Part shown: positions 30,244 to 45,200 of the stretch, in pieces
Layout: every line of letters starts with the position of its first letter
Numbering within the stretch: the first letter of the stretch is position 1
Source: Cyanophora paradoxa CCMP329
Lineage: Eukaryota > Plantae > Glaucophyta
Assembly (NCBI GenBank): GCA_004431415.1
Contig: QPMI01000445.1
Span: forward strand, 208,576 to 272,575
Direction: 5' to 3'
Length of the DNA: 64,000 bases
Translations under genes and position numbers: made by a program
The notes under the pieces: generated by a model
Databases searched by the model: none
What the model was told of the DNA's origin: nothing
Seen by the model: the letters and a program-made list of their open reading frames with translations, nothing else

Positions 30244-33200
30244 ATGCACAGGCGATTTGTTGCTGTGCTCTTGCTAGTCTGTGTTCTTCAAGGCATCCCT
30301 GCTGGGCGCTGCCAAGGTAAGCTGTCGCGATTGCAACTGCTTCGTAATATCGGGCTGGGGTGGCGGGCCTATAGCTACAGCTAGGACTGGTTATGGTTAT
30401 TGTTTGGACCGACTGTTCCTGCGCATGCGCAATCGCCATCGCCCGTAGTTGACTCGTCTGATCGCCCCAGTTTTCACACCATTGACCGTGTCGCCACCTC
30501 CCGCCGATAGCTTCCTGCTTGGCGGCGTTATCACTCCAGACCCGCGTGGTGTAACGTGCGGTGCGTGTATATATGGAGGACCGGCTGATATGCACATGGT
30601 TTTGCTCCCCATTTTACCGTGCCAGTTTGGTCGAGGCTTCAGTTTTACGTATTCGGCGGCGCCTCTTAATTTTTCGAGATCGCATGCGCGCGCAGATCAG
30701 GGCCAGTCGTCGGCAGACCCCATCTTCCGAGGTGCCGCAAAGTGTCATTTTATCTGCATGCTGTGACTGCATGCTTGGGTGTGCTGTGACGTTCTAGCTC
30801 TCAACGAAGGCCACCGCGCAGACACTGATCCGAGCGGGACGGCGGAATGTGAGCTGTATTGGATGTGCGGAGATCCAGCGTTCTGCGGCAGCATACAGCT
30901 CGCTCTGATCGGCGGGCCAAGTCTCTACACGAGGGACGCCCGGTTGACGCCTGGTGAGTCTCACTACGCGCATTTCGAATTCGTTCCGAGTAATTGAGTG
31001 TTCATGTCCGGTATTCATCAATTGATTACGAATGCCGCTTCCGTGCAGGTCAGTACGACGTGGCCCCAACGCTCACCCGGATTGTCGACGCGGACCCCGC
31101 TTTTCCGGTGCTTTTGAACTCTCGTTCAAATGGCACTCCAATCCTCAATCGTTCGACCTAACCTGTGCCATTTTCACTTTTTTCAAAACCTAACAGGGCG
31201 TTTTCTACCACGTTTACCGGTGATTTAAATTGCGATCAATTTCGGCTTCGGCGTCAGTATATATACTGACTCTGTTGTTGGGCTGACTCCGAATCTCCGC
31301 TTCATTTGTATCTGCAGGTTTACAGTCAATCACACGGCCGCCCTCAACTTCTCAAGGGGATCCACACGTGACTTTGCGGTTCTGTGCGTCCTTTCAGATA
31401 GATTCTAGATCAAGACCATTCCGACGTCATGAAACTTCCAATACATCAGCGCTAATCACGCGACTTTAACGTATACGTACGCAGGCACTTGCCAACTGCT
31501 ACATCGCTGGTCCCGTCCCCAAACCTCACGCTCGCGACCATGAACGGCGCGGCTTTTAACTTCACGCTGCACTTTTACCCCGGCGGCAAGAATGCGAGCG
31601 TGGACAACATTCGCCTGCACGGGACCTATGTGGTCGCGGGTCCGCGCTTCCCTCCGGAAGTCGGTCTGTGTGAATACGATTTGATTACGGCGCACAGACG
31701 TGATCGATCCGAATCGGCTCGACTTGCATCCCTCGGTTGGTTTTCATTCGCTGTACATGTACATGTTGGTTCCCCTAGGCCTGGCCCGACTCGTCACCGC
31801 TGCAGGTGCAGGCTTTCCGAGCCGACCACCCGGGACCGTACCGCCTTTACATCGGCCTCAGTGCGCGCATGCGATTGCGCATGCGATTGCGGCTCCAGAT
31901 CCGCGCCGGCGCCGTTGCCGACTGCGCTTGCGCTTGCAGACCGGACCGCGAATGGGAACCTCACGTACTCTTCCGCAATGCTCTCCGTCGACCGGGAGGG
32001 CTCTCTCGCCGAGTACCGTGTGAAGCACCGGCCGCTCCGCCTCCAAGCGGATGGCCAGCCATACGCGTTCGCGTATGCGAGAGGGACGGACTACAGCCGA
32101 ATGTACGCCTGGACCACGCAACTGGGTCTTGGATCCCGGAACGCTCGTCGAGATCTCTGAGATACGTCTGTGCAGATCGGGTCCCTGGTATAACGTCACA
32201 GCAGTCTTCCTCGCGAACGTGGGGTTCGCCTCTGACGGGTACGCGCTCAGAAATCTCGAAACCCGTGATTTGGTGACCACATGAGTAATTATAACTGGAT
32301 ACCCTCGCACGCGTACGTGCACGGACGCAGATTCGAGTTCGTAATTGAGACGCAGAGTGGCAACACAAAGAATACGAGCGTCTACATCGTGCATGTCTTC
32401 ACTATGCTGGTGGCGGGCGCGGACATGAGCGCGATTCGATCTGTTTCGATCGCCGAGCACATTTCGTACCCCTTCAAAATCGATTCTACAGGCGACTATT
32501 TCCGCTTGTGGATGCGCGTCGCGGCGCCCCAGAGCAGCTGGACAGCGTTGAAGTCTCCCGAGGGAAACTTCCTCTGGACGCACGACAAGCTTAAGGGCAG
32601 CAAGATATACAATTTCGTGTTCAAGACCGATGACGGCGTACGCACTCATTTCTCTGCCAAATCCCTTGATTTCTGCCAGATCCATCTCTGCCGCAGTTCG
32701 GAAATAGAACCATCATTGCTGACCTTTTACTCCCATCGGTGCGTCTTTTACTTATGCAGCGATGTATTTATAATTATCAGAGGAGCCACAACTTTCGCTA
32801 TCTATATTTATACATTCCGAGCAGGCAATCTACTCCAGGCAAGCCCCCGCGCACGTCCGGATGAACATGCATTTCATTTTCTTGCTGAATGTAATTTCCG
32901 CGTGCTTGTCCTCAGCGTCCAGACGGTCGTGAAAGGCTACAATTTCACCGTTTGGCTGTCTGAGCAGCGCCCCATGCGCGTTGTGATGAACAAGCTTGCT
33001 GGATTCTATCTGTATCTGGCACCAGGCAGCCCTACATTTGTTAAGCAAGACTTTAAAGGTCGGCATTAAAGACTAATTGGCGAAACTAATTGGCGCTGAT
33101 TTGAGCCGGGTTCACTCGCCCAGCAACGGTTGTGGCGCCCGAGGGATCCCGCGCCAATGTCGCGGCGATGGAGGCTAGTATCAAAGTGGAAACGGTCAGG

Positions 33201-36200
33201 GATGCCAATAACGCTCTCTTGCCAATTCTTTTCGTTGGAGTCTCTTCGGCAGAGCCCTTCTCTCAGCCAGTTAGTGTCCGGCTCGGGTTTTCGCAAATGG
33301 TTTACAGTGTTTATCCACTGCACTCTTTCGGGATTTTTGATTTGATCGTCTACGGCACTTCGGCATATTGCTGGGGTGGCGAAACGCTTTGGAACAACAT
33401 CGGAGTGAGCTACAAGAGTTCATATGCTCTAGATCTCCTCAATTTGAATTGATGGATCGTACTGCAGTTTTCCGCCTGTGAAGCAAGTTGGCCTTGGCAG
33501 CCAGCCTCCGCTATTCCGTACGACAATCCCCCTCTCATGCCGTCCGACTTTATGTGAGCTCCAGTTACACTGAGCTCCAGAGCGCCGTCAACGACATATT
33601 CACGGTTTCATCGCAGCGTTAACACGACAACGCCGGGGCTAGGATACGTTGCTCCTCCAGTCGTGAACGCAGCCGGGAGCCACATTTTGTGGTACTTCAT
33701 TGGCACGACTGGGGGCATCAGCGGCGAGATAAACATGCGCTGGGCTCCCGGCAATCTCCCGCTCCTCAGGCCTACCGACGCGGAAATCGATTCGTATGAC
33801 CGCATTAGCGTTTTGAAGGCCAATCTTCGCTGCCCTGATCGCTTGGCTCGAAATGCCTATGGCGAGTGCTTCTTTCAAGGGGATTACGACAGCAATGCGC
33901 TCGGGTACACATGGACTGCAAGCGACCTTGCAACTGAGAAGCTGTGGACAGGCGCCAATTTCCGGGAGGTCGGCATCCCTGGCAACGGCTCCTTCGCTTT
34001 CTTCGCTAACGAGACAGAGGTAAGCTCGATCACAGGCGCTTTTGAATTTATTCGCTTCAGATCTAGATTCAATTGAATCGGGATTTTCTGCAGTTGCAAT
34101 CGGGAACGGTGCAGAACGTCAGAGTACTCTGGGCTGATTTCTGGGCTGAAGACTACGGAATCGAGAGCGAACTGAATCCCGCAGCGCTGACCTCTGTGAA
34201 GGCGTGCTCTTTCGGACGCTGCTTCGCGGTTGCTTGTCTGAGGAACCAACTGATTGAGACCGCAGATCGTGGATATAGACACCTCTGCGAGCTTCTGCGC
34301 GCTCGCTGTGGACCCGGCTGGGGTCTCTCTGAACATGGTCCGAAAGCATCTTATGCCCGTCTGCACGTTGCTATCGCTGACACAGTGAGCAGCGAGGCGT
34401 GTGCTCTCTGGTGTCCGCGGTTGACAGCACCGGGCTTAGAGGTCCTCTCTCTAAGGACGATTTCAACTACAATGGGACGTTCCCCTTCCAGTACCGAACA
34501 TTTTTTGAGCCTACTACATCGGCCGAAAACACCTCGGTTCGTTCACTTGCTGGCTTGGTTGAGCGCCGCGTCTGACGGAACGCGTACGGCTGCTCCTTAG
34601 TACGATATCGTGATCGAGTCTCGGAGCGATTACACACCCGGCTGGTCGGTCAGCTTCTTCTGGACGAACGTGATGGGTACGCATCCCACGCCGCCGAGGC
34701 CTGTGTTCACGGCTGTCTTTCCCGAGGTGCGGAGTCAAATTAGAAAAAACAATTGTCTGCCTGCGTGCACGTGCGCCCCTTTATTTGGCGTGGAATCGCG
34801 CAGTTTGTGCAAGCTAATATGGGATGCAACTACGAGGCACTATCGAAAACCGGCGTATGGCCGTGCGCGTATTCATTAATGCGATCCTGACATTCCGAGC
34901 TCACGCAGACCGGAAACCCCACGTACAAGTGCTCCGTCTGGCAGAAGCCGTCGATTCCGGTCGACTTCTCTAGCCTGCCAGCTTTAACAGTGGAACCGGC
35001 TGGGGCCGGGACGGCGTCCACCACTTTGATAAAGACCTGCGCAACGCACTGTCCGACTGCAACCGACGACTCCACGCTCTTTTGCTCGGGCCCGTGCACA
35101 ACTGCGGGCGTCACGCAGTTCGTGTCCTTCACCTTCACGCCCACTCGCGCGGCGGACGTCTCGAGCACCGGGGGGGCACTGATACGCTTCCCGTACGACT
35201 TCAACGTTATCCGCTATTGGGATAACACCATCGCGTCAGTCGCGAGCGTCCTCATCTCGTTCCTCCGTGCGCAGTCGCGATTGCTGCGCATGCGGTTTAT
35301 AATCGATCTCGATGACCGACTGCACTGCTCGCGCTGCGCACGCGCATGATAATGTGCAGGCGTTCAGATCAGTTGCAACACAATGAGGCAAGCAAACAAT
35401 CAATGATCATGTCAGCATCTTGCCGGCACCTAATTCCTGCCGCAGAATCCACGCGACTGGTAGCGCGACCTGCACACTCACGCCAACAGCGGATTCGTGC
35501 GCATTTAACGTCCTGGTTCAGTAGAAGCAGCTGCAGTCCTGACTAAGTGCTTCTGGGCAGTGGGCCGATCCCGCAAGACGCTTCAGATCTTTTCATTATT
35601 AATTCGGCTGACACGTCTGCACTCACCATTGGCTCGTTCTCCGTCAATGCAGACGGCTCTAAGGTAAGAACAAAACGCAGGCTCTTACCTCATGTAGCGG
35701 CTTTGGAACAAACAATTTGATGTCGGCCTGCGGTGCACGCGCAGGCGGAGTTCAAAGTCACAGCCGCGAACCTCGCTACGTACACCACCGGCAAGCAAGT
35801 CACGCTCTCGTACGCCACGGCCATCGGAGGGGGCGCCGTCCAGGGCTCGCCCCTGTCCTTCGACATTATCGTCTCCACTATCACCTGCACACCAACGTCC
35901 CTCGTGCTTCTGGTGGATGCGCCAGTGTACGCGGAGTGCACCAGCAGCCCCTCCGGCGGCACTCCGTCGATTCAAGTGAGTGATATGGACGCCGCCATCG
36001 GCGGGCCGCCGGAATCCACGTACTCGAACGTCGCGGCCTCCGGAAGCGGCGTGAGCTTCTACGCCTATCCGACGCGGGCCGGCATCCGCCCTATCTTCGC
36101 CCCCTTCATATCTGGAGGTGGGCCCTCGGTCTCGGCGTCGGTCACAGGTGAGCGCCCTCAGTATATATATATATGCATCATACCAGCGCCTGTGCCGCGC

Positions 36201-39200
36201 TCGATCGACCTTGCTAGGTGTGAACAACCTGCGGTGCACCCCTCCTCGAGCCCCGCCCGGACAAGTCCTGCAATGCTCGGCTGACAAGGGCAACGGTCCG
36301 AATCTGAATCGCGTGCACGTGCACGTGACCGAATTCTGAAACCGAACTTGTCGCTTTTGTCTCAGGGTTGCCGGATCTCGATCCATCCGTCTTCTCCGCT
36401 TACGCTTCGACCGGAACTATTTCGTCGCCCGTTGCGGCTGCTGCAAGCGGTGGAGGGATCACCTTCTCGTACACGACGGCGTTTGGAGGGGCGTCCGGCC
36501 CCGAGGTCGGAATCAGGTACTTGCAGCCAGGCACACCCCAGGACAACGCAAAGGCTGCAAAACTATTCGTCGGCGTGGTGCGTACGAAACCGTTGTCTAC
36601 GCATGCTTTACATTTCGACTCACGGCCGAGCGGCATCGCGCGCCTCTTGTCATGGTCAGGTCTCGGCTACCATGTCATGCACATGCAATCAAGCAGGACT
36701 AAGCCCATCGGAGTGCCGCATCCGCATGAAGAACTCCTTCAATTGCACCGGTGCTGCTTGTAATGTCCCGCATCTCGTGACCACTCTGCGCTTACACTCT
36801 CGTCGCAGTTACAAAGGGCGCGAGCTCTGCCGACCTCATCCCGTCCGACATAACCCTCGGCTCCCTGATTATGGAAGATGGAACGGCGTACAACGTCCGC
36901 ATCCCGGTGCCCTCTCCTTTGCTTTTCCTATTTCAGCGACACAGGGATTGATTTCTGATTGCGCGCGTCGCGCTCGTAGCGCATCGCGAAACGCTCACCT
37001 GTATCGAGCGTGAACAATGGAAACCTGCAGTTCTCCGCGCTGGCAGAGGATTTTGCCATCTACAATGGCAAGGCGGTCAACTTCACCGTCTCCCTGCTCG
37101 GCGCTCCGCTCGCCAACTCTCCCCTTCGCGTCACCGTCCTTGGCGGTGCGTGTCATGATCACGACTTTGTTCGCTTCCAAAGCCCTCTTTCTGATGTTAT
37201 GATCCGCTGTTTTCTCCAGATGTTCTGCTGGATTGCCCGCCGAAGATCCCGACCGGGAGCCCGGGCATCTTCTGCCAGGTTTTGACGGACGGGTCGAGAC
37301 TGCTGCCCACGGACGTCGTGTTGACCGGCCCAAGCTCTTCCCGCCGCTCCCTGCTGCAGCTGGGCCTGACGATTGGCTCTCTCGCCAACGACGGGCCTAC
37401 CAACTTGCGCTTCTCGGTCGTGTCGCAAGCAACGCCGGCGGCCCGTTGGGTGCTATTCCGCATGCGTTTCGCGTCCAGCGCACTCTCCCCAGGTGCTGGA
37501 GAGTTCCCCGTCCTTTCCTCTCCCACGAATACGTCAATCATCGGTCCGCTCGCGCGTCGAATTTCGGTTCTAGTTGTCAGTATTTGCAAGCTAAAAACCC
37601 GCCCGGCCCCGCAGCGGCTTCGGTAACGTGCGACAGAAGTTCCCTGCTGGTGCCATTTCCTGCTCGTCCAGCTGCAAGCGCAGCCTTGCGCGCATAGCTT
37701 AGTTTTCTTTTCTTCGCCAGGCTCGGACGCGCTTGGTGTGCAATGTCACCGGCTCGACGGCGGGAGGATCCCTGGACAGGGCGGACTTCTGGTATTATCT
37801 TTTCTCCACAAAGGCTGAGTTTATTCCTGTCTCCAACTTACGGCAACATACCCAGGTTCTCTGATGCGCAAGGCACTCGCTACGAGGAGTACCTTGTCGA
37901 GCGTGTGTCCGATCATCTGGTGAACATGAGCAGTTGGAGTCTCAGAATTCTGTCGTTTTAGTATCTTGACGCGATTAATTATAACATTCAAAATATTCCC
38001 TTCGCTTTTTCCCGCCCAGATTACCTACACTATATTCGGTCCAAGGAACGGGTCAACGAACGCGCAACTGAATGTGCACTACACCATCACGCGGGGAAAA
38101 TATGCGGCAAATTCAAACCCGATGCATGTTACCAACTCACCGCGGACCCTCATTGTTGTTTCGGCCCGCCTCGTGTGCGACAAGACTCGCGTCTACGTCG
38201 GTGCGTGCACGTTAAGTTTTCTCTCGAGCTCAAGCTCGCGTCTGCCACTTACGATTCCGGATTCCACCTTCCGTGTGCAGCTGATAACGTGACATGCTGG
38301 ATTGAGCCAGGTGCCCGCCTCGAATACTTTGCAGGTTTGCGGAAGAATGACATCTTTGGCGCAGACGCCGGCGCTCCTACGCTGCAGCTTTCGTGGTTCA
38401 CCGGGACGTACTACTCTAGCATCCTGGTAAAATTAGAACTATACTCGTTATGTTGTTGACGATAATACTTCGCTGACGGCGGAGCACGTCGCAGCGATCT
38501 TTTGGGGACACGAACTGCCGTGGTCCGAACACTTTGGGCGACGGTGTCTTCTATCTGGGGCGCGGTTGCGCAGGCGGAGCGACGACGAACGAAGGTTCGA
38601 CTTCTTATATTACGATTGCGTGCCTTGCAAGGTGCATAGGAAACGTCTAATCGAGAGTCTATGAGTGCAGGCGCAAGCCCTCGACGCAATTTTACGTCCA
38701 TCGTATCGGGAAAAACAAACAGCGTGACCGTCACGCTGGGAGTTCCGAAGAAAATCGCCGTCACTGTTATTGCCGTCGGGTGGACTGCCGCCGTCGCCGG
38801 CCCTGATGTGGACACGGTATGCAAGTGAATGAAATCACACACAATACGTTACTAACGGAGGCTCAACGTCGCTTCAGATCTGGGCGCAGCCTCTGACATT
38901 CAATATCTCATTGCTTTACGGTGAGCGAGACAGGCATCGCAATGTCCTGCAACGCCGCTGAACTCACGAGCGCGCCTGCCCTTCGTGAACAGCCCACGGG
39001 GTGAACTTTGAGTGCACGCCGGAGGTGAGGACGCCACCATCCTGAGATTTGTAGTTTGCAGCTGCATGGTGGCTGAAGGTCCCCGTTTGACAGCCGAGAC
39101 CGAAATTCAATCGACCGGAGACGGATGTGCACCGTAGGCGCAATTGGTTGAACTCTATTTATAACCACACGTGCGTCCTGCGGCAAGATACCACCGGAGC

Positions 39201-42200
39201 CGGGCTCCAGAAGGGGAGCGGCGGCCTGCTTTCAGAGAGCGTCTCGAGTTTTGTTATGAACGACTTCAACTGGACAGCTCCTCAGCGCTGCGTGCCGGAT
39301 GGCGCGACAGGATCTACATGGTGGAACCCCCCACCAGCTGGTATGCTGGTGCTGCCGAACGCAACCGATGCAGCAAGCTCACGGTCGCCCCCCACGGTCT
39401 GGGCTTTTTCGCAATTGCGCTGCATTAATATTGAAGTTTGCCGGCAGTGCTCTGATGTTTGGTTGCCTGCGCAGTTCCTTATACGGCCTCTTGTCATGGG
39501 GGTTTACGCGTTCTGTATTCGACCTAAAACGTCCTTGTACCCAGCCTCTGCGGGTCACAGTTTGTGGTTCTCCAACACGTACACCATCTACGACGCTTTC
39601 CCTTCTAGATCACCCCCCTCACCATCCACCACCCCCTGCTACAATGGAACCTGGGATCTTGTGACGGGCTACGGAAGAGGAGTGCGCAGGCGCTCCGCAT
39701 CCTCAATCGGGCTCTGCGCATGTCTAACCGTACACGGCCCCCAGGAGTGCCGCATGAACCGGGTGGCTTGGACCCCGCCAGAAAACACACCGAACTTCCA
39801 GCTCGCTGAGAGAGACTTCGATTGGATCGGAGGGGACAGGGGGACCACCGAATTCGAAATACCGACCGGCGACAGCTGGCGTGATAACCCCAGTTTCCAG
39901 ATGGTGCGTTTACCCTTGCTTCATCCTGGCATTGATCCTTCAATTCCAACGTATACCATACGCTTTCTGAGACGGACTCGTGCAGATCGCTGCGCGAGGA
40001 ACGTGGAGATACGACAAAATCACGGTATGCTCCTCGCTCGCGACGCTTCTCCAAGTTGTGGATATTTATATTATGTTATTCGTCTGGCGACCGCAGGTTG
40101 GGTTTCCTGGACCCTTTGGAACGTCTCTCGGAAAGGTTCTCTGGTAATTACAAGCCCATCACTTCAAGAAGTGCTGGTAGCTCTCGCAAAAATAATATGA
40201 TCCATTTGTAGGGACGGGTGGGCGGTTAACAGCGTGCTGGAGTACCGAACGTTTTGCTTTTTATTAGACTTGACCACGGGGACGCTGAAACCCGTAGTCT
40301 ACAACTCGGTGGCCAAGCCTTTCCGCATTGGCGGTGCGGCACGAATTAAATTATTAATCAGAGTGTCTTTCGATGAACGCTTCTTTGATGTGCGACTGCC
40401 GCGCAGCTGGAGCGAAGCTTTCGTGCTACCTGGAGGCGCAAAACGAGTCGCCGATTCTGCCCCGCGGCCAGATCATCGGCCCCATCAAAGCAAACGCAAC
40501 GATATTTGAGGGAACGTTCACAAATCTGGCGGTGAACTCGACGGACGTGATGCGCTCCCCCCGGACGCGCCGTGCCGCAGCATGGCGGGGCAGACGCTCC
40601 CCATCAATGTCACCAGATGCGAGGAATTCGACCTCTTGTACGTCGATCCTATAGGTACAAGGTACAAGAGGGTCGATTGTGCGAACTCGGTCATCACCGC
40701 GACAGCGGCGTACAGCTGCTTCAATTCCACTACCTACTACAAAAATTCAACACTAGCCGCTTTGAAACTACCCGAGCCTGTTGAAACAAGCCCCCTGACT
40801 TGCGAGAATAACACGAGAGCGTTCTGCTGTTCGTCCTACCAGACACCATCTGGATGCTTCCCGCGATTCAGTTTTGAGTGCGTTGTATACAGTGTACTGT
40901 ACATGTTGCTCGATTTCCAAACTCATTTTTTTCATCGCGCGTTGCAACGGAGCAGATACCAGAGTCTTGCGAATCCGACAAGGGGAGAGAACGTTATTCG
41001 CATCGTGTTCAACAGCACATACGCACCATATAGCGATGGGTTCCAGGTGCGTTCTTCAACACATACAATGCACCCTCCATTTGATTGATGCATCCCGCTG
41101 CAGACTGATGCTGGAAAAGACGTGAGCCCCCGTTGCGATTCATTTCTCTGTCCCAACTTAAACCCGCCCGTTACATCATTAGGTGACGTTCAACATTGTG
41201 GCGGCTCAGTCGTGGGGGTGCTATCCGCAAGTTCTGGCTGCGTGAGCGCCTTTGAATTCGCAAAATCCTCGAGCTCTAGATCTTTGTACAGGATCGTCGA
41301 TCACGAAGTTACACATAATCAACTTGCGCAGGCGCAGCAACTTTTATGCAGCGTGCTGGGTGCGCACTTTTGAATCAGAGTGTGATCAAGCGCTTGCGCA
41401 TGGTCATGAAAATTACTCATACACACTGAACCGTCATTTGCAGGTGCGGAAGACTGCAGTCAGCTCTCCTTTAGGTGGAACTGACGTCTACCTCAATTCG
41501 TGCGGCTTGCATTTTTTGGCTATTCTAAATTTTCGATTTAACACTTGTGCTGACACTCTACGTATACGGATACCTTCCAGAAACGATACCTCTGTCATCG
41601 CCAACTGGCCAATGAATTTCTTGCAAGGGACAACTTTCCAGGACACGGTAGTCCTTAGCTGCAATAAACACGTTTGGCTGAATACAAGAGTTCGGTTTGA
41701 TTTTCGGTTCAGATGGTCTGGTCCGTTCGAGCTATACCAGGGAAGACCGGAAACGTTAGGATCGACTTCAAATACGGGTTTGCATATCAACGTGCTGCAG
41801 CGGGTTTTCTTCGATCGCGACCTTTGATCCCGGAACTCCAGATCGGATATGTCGACCTTCGCTTCGTTCACCTTCCGGGTTGTCCTTGGTGGGCTCAGCA
41901 CACCCAAGGCGGGCATTCGAATCCCCGTGGGAGAGACCGCCCTGTTCTACATGGTGCCGTTCGAGAACTCGGACCCCAACAGCCTGGACCTGACCTCGTA
42001 CACCACCCCCCTCATGGGCGTTCTGAGCGCGGAGGGTCTGGTGGAGCCCGCGGAAGAGTACGCGACACTTTCATCTCTGGGAAGCCTCACAATACGTACC
42101 CCGCCCGCCTACTATACGCTATACCCCGGCAAGCCGGTCAGGAGCACGACCTTCGAGATGCGAGGCACAGTTGTCATGGGTACGCACGGAGCGTCTAGAT

Positions 42201-45200
42201 TTGCCCGTTAGGTCAACTGACCGCTGAACAGGACTGGATATTGTGCAGCATGTCCAACTTTTATACACGCATAAGGTGCGCTTATGACCATGATCACGTG
42301 AATGCTCATGCAACCTCTTCGCTCTATAATTACACGTGCATGCACGTATTTTGCGCGCGACCACATTCATCTGCCTTGTCCTTCTCTGTTTTGATTAACA
42401 CGGGTGTGCAGATGTACGATTCGATAGAGCTGAACGGGCAGCGCGCGAACAATGACACGAACGCATACCTCGCGGTATGGGGAGACATGTGCCGCTCTTG
42501 CAAGGACAAAGCTTGGTTCCTGAAGCCGCCCTCCGAGCCCGAGAGGACGGCATTCTCCAGGCAGCTGGTAGTGTTTCAAGTTGAGACGTTCGAATGCTCC
42601 AGAGTGCTCATCTGGTTCGTGTTGGAATCGAGGTGGTTCTGCTGCGGATGCTCTCGTCGTTGCTAACGCCACTTTCCCGTCAGCGCCACCTGCTATGTCC
42701 GCTGCATCATTTCTCCTGTGCGTCTTGTGGCTCACGCTTGCGCTTCGCTTTAATTTTGTTGCGGAACAAAAAATCGATTTGATGCGTTTTTGGGCAGCCC
42801 TTTATGAAGGTTGGGCTCCTCCCGGACGATTTCAACATAACAATCTCCGGAGGTGTTGACGTTTTCCGCTAGCAGATAGTTTCTCTTCTTTTGCTGATCT
42901 TGCGTGTCCGCGTTCTCAGGAAAAATATTCAAAGCGACAAGCGACGGGTCGAACGTCATCCTGGACATTCAGGCGGGCTTTGAGCTCCGTGTGTTGCAAT
43001 CTAGGGACTGACGGATGGATTGCAGGGCGATCTCGCCAGCGCCGTCCCGGCTCGAACGCTCTCGTCATCGACGTGCGGTACTACGTTGGCGGCAAGCACA
43101 TCCCGTCGAGCCCCAAGAGGATTACACTGCAGCCGTTTGAGGTGGAGTGCAACGTGAAGCGCGGCGACCGCTGTCGCGTTGCGAAAGGCAGCTTCTCGCG
43201 CTTCGATGTGTCGGTCTGTGGAAGTCTTCTGTTAGAGCACCGGTACCTTGCTGACTGCCGTCACAGCGTGAGCCGTTCCTCCTTCCCATCGAGTTCACAA
43301 CGAATATCCAGATCCAGAGCGTCGTGAATGTCACGCGACCGGACCTGGTCGAGCTCATCTTTGTTGCGCGCGAAAGCGCGACCGGAAAGTTCACGATCAT
43401 CTTTGGCGGCCTCGACACGAACGACACGGACCCTTCCCGCCTCTTCATCACCGCCTCGTCCGACCTGTCCGATCCAGACGTGAAGCCTCTGGACGGCGTC
43501 TACCTCGCCAACCAAGTCATCGAGGTCGTGCTGCTGGACGAGCCCCGCGGGCTCGTCTGCGCACCAACCCGGCTCGCCCATGCCCGGGTCGCCAACTGCA
43601 CGGCTCTGACCCTCCCGAACTCCCCTCCGGTATACCCCCCGGACTTTATCTGGACCAACACGTTCCCTCCTCAGCTGGAACCGCTTCCGAATATTACCAC
43701 TGACGCGTTGGGCGACGTCGTTACGATTCCCATTCGTGCTCACGATATTCCACTGACGCCGAACATCACCATCTGGATGAATTGGATTGAACCTCTGCAG
43801 TTCCAGTCGGCGCTCGCTGCCGGGCCCGCGGATCTCACGTTCATCTGTGCGCGCTCTTTTGTATCAAAATATTATTAATCTATAAGCAAATTCGAACTTT
43901 CTTTGCGCAGCGGCGCGGCTGTGGTGCTTCTACGACAAGACCATCCCTCGGAATCTGGTTGACTGCACCATCATCCGCATCGGCCAGAGCAAGCCGCTTT
44001 TGCCTTCGGACTTCCTAGCCCCCGTTATCGTGACGCCGAAGGGCACTTACTCGTCTTCGCCAACACCTTACGTTATCATGGCTGGTGGAAACGTGCGAGT
44101 TCTAGATCTGCAGAGTCTGTTCTGCACGCTTTTACTAAGAACTAGCAGGTCACTTTCTCCCTGCCAAACACGGGCAGCGTGCCAGGAGTCATCATCGTCA
44201 CTGTGCCGTACAGCCCAGCAGTCGGCGGTGGCAACGTAGGCACAGAGTACATACCCCCAAACATCATGATCGAGCTCGCCTGCGATCACACGACGAGGGC
44301 GCTACGCCAAACGACAACCTGCCACGTGAGTCTGGCGTTATTAATATTGCAAGCACGTGCACGTTTGCCGCCTCAATCGACCTGACATGGTTATTATTAG
44401 GTCACCAAGAATGCTAATTCGATCGACGATTTCACTTCTGGCGATATCGACATTTCGTGGGTGGGGCCGAACGGCACCGTGTCGCTGGGCGCGCCGGTCG
44501 ACACCGCTTTGAGCATCGTCGACTTTGACGTCACGGCCCTCGTGCTGGAGGGCGTCGGCAAAGTGCGGGCGGTCGTTTCTGGCGACGACCGCTTCAAAGA
44601 CTGGGACTTGACCGTCACAACAAACTTGGCTCTGAACTGCCCGAAGAGCCGAATGGCCGCCGGGCAGAGCATGACATGCACAATTTCCGCCAACACGGCT
44701 CTTATCGCCTCCGACATCAAGGGCGGGTACTCGTCGAAGGGCGCCCTGACGTTTGGAACCGTCACCGCCAGTGCCGGCCAGCTCAGCCTGCCTGTCACTG
44801 GGACAAAGGGCGCGTCTCCGCACCAGATTGCGGTCCTCTTGCCGAACAACGATCATGTTCTTCCGCTGGATCTGCCAATTGTCGAGATCGTGAACATCCA
44901 CTGCAGGCCCTCGGTCAAGAACACGCGCCTGCTTTATAACACGCGCGCGAGCTGCTCGTACCTGAAATCTGCCACCTCGGCGGACCTTCTTCCCACGGAC
45001 ATTTCATACGCGCCCAGCCCGAATACGATGACCCTAAGCACCGCTATTCCCGGTGCCAACGGAACTCTGAACTTCACATACACGGCGGATGCCTTTTGCG
45101 GCACGGCCGGCTGCACGCTCGATGTCCAGTACTCCACCGACCTCGGCGGTGCGACGGTGGCGGCGGCGTCGAACAAGTTCTTTGTCATCGACATAAGCTC